DNA from: Clostridiales bacterium
Lineage (GTDB): Bacteria; Bacillota; Clostridia; Christensenellales; CAG-138
NCBI GenBank assembly: GCA_004558525.1
Contig: SFCQ01000004.1
Location: forward strand, 15,345 to 79,344
Length of the DNA: 64,000 nt
Reading direction: 5' to 3'
Part shown: in pieces, positions 57,700 through 64,000 of the stretch
How positions within the stretch are numbered: position 1 is the stretch's first letter
Layout of the letters: each line of letters starts with the position of its first letter
Translations under genes and position numbers: made by a program
The notes under the pieces: generated by a model
What the model saw: only the letters and a program-made list of their open reading frames with translations
The model's database searches: none
What the model was told of the DNA's origin: nothing

Positions 57700-58914
57700 T
57701 CAATAAGCCGACTCCGCCGGAGGATCGTACAGCGTAGCCATATCCTCATCGCTAAGCTCAAGGCCATAGAACTTGGCATAATAATCCCTTATTGCGGCGT
57801 CCATGTCAATATCCTCAAACAGCTCGGGATAAAGCTTTTGCGCAAGCCATTGCAGAGCAAGCGGAGAATCCGAGCAGGGCGGGAACCAATAGTACACGCC
57901 AAGCGGCATCTTGTACACCTGCTTGTTCTTTACGGCGGTAAGGCCGCTCCAATCGTCGCCCTCAACGGCAGTGCTGTTGAGTATATCCTCCGCCTTGAAG
58001 GGGGAGAAGCTGTTTAAGAATATAACGTCAGGGTCCCAGGCGTATATCTGCTCAAGCGTGATGGGCGCAAGCGGCTTGTCAAGCTCCATGGCCACGTTGT
58101 TCGCTCCTATGGTGGAAAGCCAATAGCGGCCGAAGGTGTTGCCTGCGCCAAGTATCTTGGCCTGGGTGTAGTTTCCTATTATAAGAGCGGACTTCCTGTC
58201 GCTCTCCGCAATGCCCGCGACGCGCTCCTTGACCATGGCCTCTACCTCGCGGCCATAAGCTACTATCTCCTCGGCACGGCTCTGCTTCTGCATTATCTCG
58301 CCCATAAGCGCGGCCCATGCGTTGAAGGTCTCTATGGTGTTTCCGCCTTCCACCGTTGTGCTGAACGCCACGCACGGTATGGAAAGCTCCGTGAGCTTGG
58401 CCGCGGCCTCTGCGTCGCCGGCGTTGTTGGCGTTATAGAACACAACGTCCGGCTCAAGCGCGGCAACGGCTTCCACATTCACCGCGTCTCCCTCGGCAAA
58501 GCTTGAATCAATATCCGCAACGTTTGGCGCTATGCGGGAAATGAAGGAATGTACCGCCGCGTTTTTGGAGGACGGGGTCAGGCCTATAAGCTTATCGCCC
58601 GAGCCTTCCACCATGCAGAAAACGCTGGCAAGTGGAACGGTGGATATTATTGCTATCCTGTTTATCTCGTCCGGAACCTCTACCTCGTTGCCGAGGTTAT
58701 CGGTAACCATGTGTGCGGTATTGACCGGCTCCCGGCTGTCGGCGGGTACGGCGGTCTGTTCAGGCTGCTGCGATCCGGCCTCGGGGGCAGTCTCGGGAGC
58801 TGTCGGAGCAGGCTCCGCGCTTTCCTTGACCTCAGGCGCGGCGCAGCCTGATATCACGGAAAGCATAATTACCGTTGCCAGTACCAGCGCCGCAAGTCTT
58901 AACGAATGCTTCAT
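57700..58914 (-). CDS. Periplasmic-binding-protein (FecB/BtuF class) lipoprotein
   Basis: ATG at 58914 with an AGAGGAGAA RBS. Lipobox VISGC and a Pro/Ala/Glu linker. Class III SBP layout. Confidence 0.85.
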   Translation of the reverse strand: MKHSLRLAALVLATVIMLSVISGCAAPEVKESAEPAPTAPETAPEAGSQQPEQTAVPADSREPVNTAHMVTDNLGNEVEVPDEINRIAIISTVPLASVFCMVEGSGDKLIGLTPSSKNAAVHSFISRIAPNVADIDSSFAEGDAVNVEAVAALEPDVVFYNANNAGDAEAAAKLTELSIPCVAFSTTVEGGNTIETFNAWAALMGEIMQKQSRAEEIVAYGREVEAMVKERVAGIAESDRKSALIIGNYTQAKILGAGNTFGRYWLSTIGANNVAMELDKPLAPITLEQIYAWDPDVIFLNSFSPFKAEDILNSTAVEGDDWSGLTAVKNKQVYKMPLGVYYWFPPCSDSPLALQWLAQKLYPELFEDIDMDAAIRDYYAKFYGLELSDEDMATLYDPPAESAY

Positions 58915-58999
58915 CTTTTTTCTCCTCTGTATATTATTGTATATTGCAATCCGCTTCCGCATTATGGCGGGGCGAAAATGCTTGCCGTTTATTGTTTGC

Positions 59000-59260
59000 T
59001 TAAGCCTGTACGCTGACGTTTGAATACGTCACCTTGGCGTTCACGCCCCTGAGCCTGCCAAGCTTGCCCGAAAGCGCGCTTATCCTGTCATTATCGGCGC
59101 ATATGGCAACGCTTATAAGGCTAAGCCCGTATTCCCGCACGGGTATGCCCATGCGTCCAAGTATAATGCTTGAATATTCATGCAGTATTGCGTTAAGCCT
59201 TTCCACGATTTCCGGCTCCTCAACGACTATGCCCATTATGGCTATGCGTTTTTCCATCAT
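59000..59260 (-). CDS. TM1266-family small ACT-like protein (annotated elsewhere as putative iron-only hydrogenase system regulator)
   Basis: 86 aa. EKRIAIMGIVVEEPEIVERLNAILHEYSSIILGRMGIP....SLISVAICADNDRISALSGKLGRLRGV matches my recollection of this family. Confidence 0.65.
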   Translation of the reverse strand: MMEKRIAIMGIVVEEPEIVERLNAILHEYSSIILGRMGIPVREYGLSLISVAICADNDRISALSGKLGRLRGVNAKVTYSNVSVQA

Positions 59261-59474
59261 TCACCGCGCCTTTCTATCCAATTTAATTCCCCCATCCCCC
59301 GGCCTGTGCCGCGGCACAAAAAAAGCCGCCCGCCTTCCCCGCAGAGGAAAAGCCTGACAGCCAAACAGCCTGAAACCGTTCGCTATTCTGCCTTGGCTTT
59401 CCGTCGGAACATATCCTTCGGTCGGGTACAGCTTATATAATGGCCGGAGATTCGGAAGCGCACCTCATCTCGGC
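59261..59474 (-). other. Leader of about 210 nt, hairpin-rich, with an internal U7 tract
   Basis: Lies between a consensus promoter and the TM1266-like start codon. Contains GGCGGGCGGCTTTTTTT about 65 nt before the ATG. Confidence 0.3.
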
Positions 59475-59480
59475 ATAAAT

Positions 59481-59509
59481 ATTATAGCCAGAGTTAAGGC
59501 AGGTGTCAA
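59481..59509 (-). promoter_or_regulatory. Consensus sigma-70 promoter for the TM1266 / iron ABC operon
   Basis: Minus strand reads TTGACA, a 17-nt spacer, then TATAAT. Confidence 0.6.
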
Positions 59510-59553
59510 CAGAGGCGCCCCGCATTTATTCTCAATTTTATTGCAACAAAGTA

Positions 59554-59582
59554 TTGACTTTCGCCCATTTTACAGATATACT
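59554..59582 (+). promoter_or_regulatory. Promoter of the tRNA gene
   Basis: TTGACT (59554-59559), a 17-nt spacer, then TATACT (59577-59582), 36 nt upstream of the tRNA 5' end. Confidence 0.6.
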
Positions 59583-59617
59583 ATCCTTTGTCCGCTACGG
59601 TGGAGCAAGCCGAATAT

Positions 59618-59694
59618 GGCGGCGTAGCTCAGTTGGCTAGAGCATTCGGTTCATACCCGGAGTGTCATTGGTTCGAGTCCAATCGCCGCTACCA
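59618..59694 (+). tRNA. tRNA with anticodon CAT (elongator tRNA-Met type, or tRNA-Ile2 if lysidine-modified), CCA encoded
   Basis: Manual cloverleaf fold. Acceptor GGCGGCG/CGCCGCT. D arm GCTC-AGTTGGCTA-GAGC. Anticodon arm TTCGG-TTCATAC-CCGGA. T arm ATTGG-TTCGAGT-CCAAT. Discriminator A followed by CCA. Confidence 0.9.
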
Positions 59695-59724
59695 ACATGA
59701 TGTATCGATTTAGATATATCGCCT

Positions 59725-59753
59725 AAAAGCCCAGACGTTGTCTGGGCTTTTTC
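59725..59753. terminator. Bidirectional intrinsic terminator
   Basis: AAAAGCCCAGAC-GTTG-TCTGGGCTTTTT, between the tRNA and the convergent gene that ends at 59862. Confidence 0.7.
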
Positions 59754-59861
59754 GTTTCCAGATCGCGTTCGCGGCGCGAAGGGAGAAGCAAAAGGGGCAT
59801 GCTTGGACGAAAAAACAGCGGCCTGTACTGTTCCTGAAACAGCCATATCCTATATGGATAA

Positions 59862-60779
59862 CTAATAATCCTCGCGCTGCATGTATTCATCCACCACAAG
59901 CCACTCTCCATCCGCATACTCTAATGTGGAATATAAATAATACCTGCTCAGGAAGTCCGTATCGCCATCATCCGCTTTCTCTGCGTCTGCCTCGATTACT
60001 GTTTTGACCTGTATTCCGTATTTGCCGCCGCCAAGCTCCACAACGTCGCCCGCCAACGTCACGAATGAAAAGAATACGTTTGAATAGCAACCTTCATTAT
60101 GCTCCAAAAGCAGCTTAGCCGCGTCGCTCAGGTCTATTTCGTATTCCCTGCCTGAGGGATAGCTCTTTATGCTGTACAAAAGCTTTGGAGCCGTAAAGTC
60201 GGCTTCCACCTCGTTTGAAATGAAGTTGACGCTTTCCTTGCGAAAAAAGCCGTCCCTAAAAACGTCCATTCGTTTGACGCCGTTGCCGCTCATCTCAAGC
60301 GCGACCGCCGAAATCTCACCTCTGGTGCTTGTCCCACCAAGGTCAGGAAAAACTATCTCCGGCACGCCGTCGCCCGTAACATCGGCAATGCGCAATTTAT
60401 TGCCCGTATCAAGGCAGTCTGTATTGAGCGACGCATGGTATGTTTTATTATCCGCGCTCAATGAAATATCCACATAAAACGGAAGTTCAAACAGGCCCGT
60501 AGAGTATGCATGTACGCTGTCGGCGATTCCGTCGCCGTCGATATCGACATCATCTTTGATGATGCTTACCGCGGCAGAAGGCGGCTCGGCAGGCTTTTGC
60601 CCGGGCAGCTCTTGCTCTGCAACGGAATTATTGTACTCGGCATCAGGAGCCGGGCCGGCTTCGTCCGCCGCGCCGCCATGCGATTGTAAAGCCTCCCTCT
60701 GCAATATATTTGGTTCGCCGCATGAACACATGAGCAGCAAACAAAATGCCGCCAATAAAAACCGGGCATGACGCTTCAT
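59862..60779 (-). CDS. Lipoprotein with FG-GAP/VCBS-like calcium-binding repeats
   Basis: ATG at 60779 with a GAGGAGAA RBS. Lipobox LLMCSC. DIDGDGIADS and VTGDGVPEIVFPDLGG. Confidence 0.55.
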   Translation of the reverse strand: MKRHARFLLAAFCLLLMCSCGEPNILQREALQSHGGAADEAGPAPDAEYNNSVAEQELPGQKPAEPPSAAVSIIKDDVDIDGDGIADSVHAYSTGLFELPFYVDISLSADNKTYHASLNTDCLDTGNKLRIADVTGDGVPEIVFPDLGGTSTRGEISAVALEMSGNGVKRMDVFRDGFFRKESVNFISNEVEADFTAPKLLYSIKSYPSGREYEIDLSDAAKLLLEHNEGCYSNVFFSFVTLAGDVVELGGGKYGIQVKTVIEADAEKADDGDTDFLSRYYLYSTLEYADGEWLVVDEYMQREDY

Positions 60780-60971
60780 GCGCTTTTTCTCCTCATTCGT
60801 TATAATCATAGTGTACCATTGGTAAAAAGGGTTGATGCTTTTCATTATTTTTTGATGCTCTAACTGCCGCATCGCTCGCCATACGCAACGCATGCTTCTT
60901 TACAGGTACTTTTTTTCTGCCCATAATGTATCATTCTTTGCAAATTCATACAACCGCTGTTTTGATTATAA

Positions 60972-61316
60972 TTGAAACAATTCTATGAATACGAAAATTT
61001 GGGGGCAGGTATTGCCCGCCCCCAAATCCAGCGCCCATTCTGCGCATTGCATCAGCCTTGCTTACGGAGGCGCTTCTCGGTGCTTTGGAATATGGAGCAG
61101 GGCCAACAGGTGGCTATAGAGCGGGAGAACGGAGAATACCTGTATTATGAGGCGACCAGCGTAGATTTCTTCCCAAACGATAAGGTGCCCGAATATGTGC
61201 TGAACATGGAATCAGACACGGCGAAGATCACCTTTATCATATGCTACGGCGAGTTCGACTACAATGCGGGCACCAGCAAGGAGCGCTGCGTGGTGGTATG
61301 CAAAATAGTTGACTGA
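60972..61316 (+). pseudogene. 5'-truncated sortase-family fragment (His region through the catalytic Cys to the C-terminus)
   Basis: The C-terminal ~85 aa follow the sortase order (ALHQ...FSVL..MEQGQQVAIE...YLYYEATSV....AKITFIICYG......ERCVVVCKIV). There is no TM anchor or N-terminal beta strands. A 10-bp-stem hairpin (60997-61027) sits at the break. Confidence 0.45.
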
Positions 61317-61478
61317 GCCGGGCAGATAGAGCATAATCGAAGATGAATAATCCTCGTCATCCTAAGAATACATGAAAAGGATTATTCTTACAAAGCGTTT
61401 TATAGCCTTTTTGATGTGCCGAAGGCCGCTAAAGAGGCGGCCTTCGGCACAAACGCTAATATAGATAAGAGATGACAA

Positions 61479-62378
61479 TTACAGCTCAGAGGATTTTTTC
61501 ATCCTACGAGCAGCATAGAAGGAAGTTGCCGCGGCCAGTATCAGCAGGCAGAAGCCAAGATTACTATCCTGAGAACCCGTTTGAGGCGGCTGTGGCGCCG
61601 TTCCAGTTATGTTGGCAACAGGCGTTGTGGTAATATATCCATTGAAGGGGATGTATGTGGTATTATCGCCCGTTGCTGGAACCTTCTCGGTCTTAGTTCT
61701 GTCGCAGAAGGAGCAGGTAAGGGTTTTTACGCCACCCTCTGTTTCATTGGGCTGAGTGGTGACTACGCCCTCATTCCAAGTGTGTATGGCAAGATCGAGC
61801 TTTTCGTTGCAGTTCTCGCCGGTGCAAGCATGCCAATGCTGCGTTTCGTCGTGGAGCCACTCAGTCCCCGGGGTGTGGGTGTGGACAGAAACAGGATTGA
61901 TAACCGTGGCCCCGCTTGTACTCACCGATATTTCCTTCGGATCCCCGTCAAAAGCCTCTACATTGTCAAGAGCCAGGATGGTTTCGCTCCAGGTGCCATC
62001 TTTTAGTTCAAACTTCAGATTAATCAGATTTCCTGTCCTATTCACCGCATTTGCGTCATACCATGAAAAACTAACCTCACTTTGACTGCCCAAATCCAGA
62101 CCCGGCTGGTCGGTATTCAGCTGCACTGCGGTACCCAGCGTTGACTGAACTGCACTTGCCGATTTAAGCACCAGCTTTGTATTATCAAACTTCAAAGTAA
62201 AAATCAGGCTGGCAATACCTGGATTCTCTGTGATGGCAACCGTTACGCTGAGCTCCCCCTGAGATACTTCACCTGCCGTAACAGCCAATCGACAGCTGCC
62301 CTCAGCCAGCGCGACACTGTTTAGCATACAGCCCATCAGCATAACCATTGCTACCATTAACCCGATTGTTTTTTTCAT
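61479..62378 (-). CDS. Cell-wall-anchored cohesin-domain protein with a Cys/His module and a PPQTG sorting signal
   Basis: AAGGAGGAAA RBS and a signal peptide. Cohesin-like block GELSVTVAITENPGIASLIFTLKFDNTKLVL...GNLINLKFELK. C-terminus PPQTG, then hydrophobic LGFCLLILAAATSFYAA, then RRMKK. Confidence 0.6.
   Translation of the reverse strand: MKKTIGLMVAMVMLMGCMLNSVALAEGSCRLAVTAGEVSQGELSVTVAITENPGIASLIFTLKFDNTKLVLKSASAVQSTLGTAVQLNTDQPGLDLGSQSEVSFSWYDANAVNRTGNLINLKFELKDGTWSETILALDNVEAFDGDPKEISVSTSGATVINPVSVHTHTPGTEWLHDETQHWHACTGENCNEKLDLAIHTWNEGVVTTQPNETEGGVKTLTCSFCDRTKTEKVPATGDNTTYIPFNGYITTTPVANITGTAPQPPQTGSQDSNLGFCLLILAAATSFYAARRMKKSSEL
61696..61860 (-). repeat. 165-bp segment shared (~80% identity by eye) with 62670..62834
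   Basis: Includes the identical 27-mer CTTTTCGTTGCAGTTCTCGCCGGTGCA. Encodes WLHDETQHWHACTGENCNEKLD...TCSFCDRTKTE. Confidence 0.7.
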
Positions 62379-62434
62379 GTTTATTTTCCTCCTTGTTTAT
62401 TTGAGTTATTTGAGTATATTTATTGACTTAGAAC

Positions 62435-63562
62435 CTACTGAGGCCCCAAGGTAACATTCCATTTGGCAAGATACCTCGCAAAAAGGATAATATCAGCTCC
62501 GTTTATGCTTCCATCTGCGTTAACATCCATGGCATGCAGTTGATTGGAGGAAAAGCTTAAGTTCCATCTTGCCAAGTAGCGTGACAGCAGGATAATATCC
62601 GCACCATTTACTTTTCCGTCCAGATTCACATCGCCGTATAGAATAGTAACAGGAATTGATTCTGTTTTTGTTCTGTCGCAGAAGGTGCAGGTGAAGGTTT
62701 TTATACCCGTTTGAGTTGCGGTGGGTCGGATGGTGATTACGCCATCATTCCACGTGTGGGCCGCGACATCCAGCTTTTCGTTGCAGTTCTCGCCGGTGCA
62801 GGCGTGCCAATGCTGCGCTTCGTCGTGAAGCCACATATTACCGGCGGTATGGGTATGTAAAAGATCATAGTTAGTTGCGCGGGAGATGCCAACATATTTG
62901 TAATTTGCTGAATAGTAACTAGAAGCATATTTGATAGTTTTTATGGCAACTTTATATGGGTCTTTGGAACTTCCATTACAGTCAAGATATGTTACCCCGC
63001 TGTTGTCTGCTGAAATGAAAATTGCCGAATGCGTTCCCTTCCCAGTCTGTGATTTCCCAAACCGTAAAATATCACCCGGCTTTGCCGCTTTCATTGTCTG
63101 AGAATTAAAAGGCGCATTATTATAATTTTTTAACGGTTCAAAAATGACGACATCACTGGCTTTTTGAGAGAAAATAAACCACCCAGCGTAATTCGCAAAT
63201 CCACAACACGTCCAACCTCGAACCAATGCTCGATTGTTGTAATAATGACGAAAGCCTGAAGATGTAGATGCAGGAACATGCCCCACGGTTTGTTTAAACC
63301 ACTTAGAAGCAATCACATTCCCCATGTTGCAGTTGCCGCATGCATAAACCTTCTTACTCTGACAGTCGCCACCGCATGGTTTACCACTTACAGTGAAGTA
63401 TTTTCCCCCAATCAGACTGTTGAGCAAATAAATACGCTTGATAACGGTTTCTTCTGTTACCTTGGACGCCGATTCAGCCTTTGTCACTTTCATGGGTAAA
63501 GCCATAATTGAAAGAGCGCATAAAACTGTCAGCATCATGGATATAATACGTTTCGACATCAC
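62435..63562 (-). CDS. Secreted papain-like (CHAP/NlpC-P60-like) domain protein with a Cys/His module and a C-terminal type I dockerin
   Basis: Signal peptide. Candidate Cys/His pair in GWTCCGFANYAGW and GKGTHSAIFIS. Dockerin duplicated F-hand GDVNLDGKVNGADIILLSRYLA ... MDVNADGSINGADIILFARYLA. Confidence 0.7.
   Translation of the reverse strand: MMSKRIISMMLTVLCALSIMALPMKVTKAESASKVTEETVIKRIYLLNSLIGGKYFTVSGKPCGGDCQSKKVYACGNCNMGNVIASKWFKQTVGHVPASTSSGFRHYYNNRALVRGWTCCGFANYAGWFIFSQKASDVVIFEPLKNYNNAPFNSQTMKAAKPGDILRFGKSQTGKGTHSAIFISADNSGVTYLDCNGSSKDPYKVAIKTIKYASSYYSANYKYVGISRATNYDLLHTHTAGNMWLHDEAQHWHACTGENCNEKLDVAAHTWNDGVITIRPTATQTGIKTFTCTFCDRTKTESIPVTILYGDVNLDGKVNGADIILLSRYLARWNLSFSSNQLHAMDVNADGSINGADIILFARYLAKWNVTLGPQ
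62670..62834 (-). repeat. Second copy of the 165-bp shared segment
   Basis: See 61696..61860. Encodes WLHDEAQHWHACTGENCNEKLD...TCTFCDRTKTE. Confidence 0.7.
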
Positions 63563-63700
63563 AAGCTTATACCTCCATATTTTTATTTGGATTATAACGA
63601 AATATCGTTATATTATCAAGCATAAATATAACGACATTTAGCATCTTAGGAAATAGGCAATGGTCGGTTACAATAAGCTTAAAACTTATGAGAAATGGAG

Positions 63701-64000
63701 ATGAATATTACGGAGTTCTTGGTGATTGCGCGAATCAGGCAATTATGTGCGAAGAAAGGATGGTCCTATTACAGGCTGGCAAAGGAAAGCGGGATACCCT
63801 ATTCAACGCTCAATACAATGATGCTGAAAACAAACGCGCCATCCATTACAACTCTGAGTAAAATATGCAATGGATTAGGGGTTACGCTTGCGCAGTTTTT
63901 CGACGAGCAAAGCGAACCGGAAATGTTGACACATGAGCAAAGAGAGTGCTTGAGAATTTGGGATTCATTAAATAGAACGGAAAAAAAACAGGCAATAGCT
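63701..64000 (+). CDS. XRE-family helix-turn-helix transcriptional regulator (3' end beyond the window)
   Basis: The frame from ATG 63701 stays open to the window edge. IARIRQLCAKKGWSYYRLAKESGIPYSTLNTM...ITTLSKICNGLGVTLAQFF is a typical HTH_XRE. The adjacent GGAG is unusually close to the ATG. Confidence 0.7.
   Translation, partial: MNITEFLVIARIRQLCAKKGWSYYRLAKESGIPYSTLNTMMLKTNAPSITTLSKICNGLGVTLAQFFDEQSEPEMLTHEQRECLRIWDSLNRTEKKQAIA

Noticed and set aside
59261-59474. A cobalamin riboswitch upstream of the BtuF/FecB-like ABC importer.
   Set aside because: Only loose resemblances were found (GGUGCG, GAAUCU, AGCCAAGGCAG). There is no recognisable B12 box or GGGAA/GCCACUG core. The region is kept only as an unassigned structured leader.
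59618-59694. Whether the CAT-anticodon tRNA is the initiator tRNA-fMet.
   Set aside because: Position 1:72 is paired (G-U), not mismatched. The anticodon stem lacks the three consecutive G-C pairs typical of initiators. It is an elongator Met or a lysidine-modified Ile2 type.
1-64000. CRISPR arrays, rRNA operons, prophage, integrase/transposase genes, and toxin-antitoxin or known defence-system genes.
   Set aside because: Scanning both strands and the ORF track revealed none. The only repeats are the MITE-like family, the 165-bp intergenic-gene module and the 24-bp coding repeat.

Overview
This 64-kb chromosomal segment holds about 55 protein genes and one tRNA. It has no rRNA, CRISPR array, transposase, integrase or phage genes. 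It looks like a mid-GC, spore-forming Clostridia genome: SpoIID sits at the left edge, RBSs are GGAGG-type, and codon usage is rich in ATA/AGG/AAG. An Oscillospiraceae/Ruminococcaceae-like origin is my inference only.

Most content is housekeeping and envelope biology:
- prs, tdk, rpmE, an MTA/SAH nucleosidase-like gene, and a glycerate dehydrogenase plus glycerate 2-kinase pair.
- A BMP-type nucleoside ABC importer, an iron-chelate ABC importer, an MsbA-like exporter and a MATE pump.
- A peptidoglycan/polysaccharide remodelling cluster (L,D-transpeptidase, exported VanX-type M15 peptidase, MBOAT plus DHHW/AlgJ-like pair).
- A yedF / cysteine desulfurase / DUF3343 selenium-sulfur trafficking operon.
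- Many lipoproteins of unknown function.

Items worth a second look:
1. A roughly 200-bp, hairpin-rich, non-coding MITE-like element occurs five times, always at gene 3' ends or terminators. Two copies are flanked by long, different target duplications (18 bp and 24-28 bp). One copy rewrites the C-terminus of an ABC ATPase.
2. A serine-palmitoyltransferase-like alpha-oxoamine synthase is translationally coupled to an SDR. An acyl-CoA ligase follows, carrying an internal deletion and frameshift. This may be a long-chain amino-lipid or sphingoid-base module, unexpected in Clostridia.
3. A more AT-rich block next to tRNA-Met encodes a sortase-anchored cohesin protein, a dockerin-bearing papain-like enzyme that shares a near-identical Cys/His module with it, and a truncated sortase.
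4. A signalling operon has two tandem membrane sensors (one with a degenerate ATPase domain), a LuxR-type regulator and a pseudo-receiver.
5. An orphan HgdC/BcrA-type ATPase sits at the head of the yedF operon.

All family assignments come from motif recognition by eye. No database search was run.
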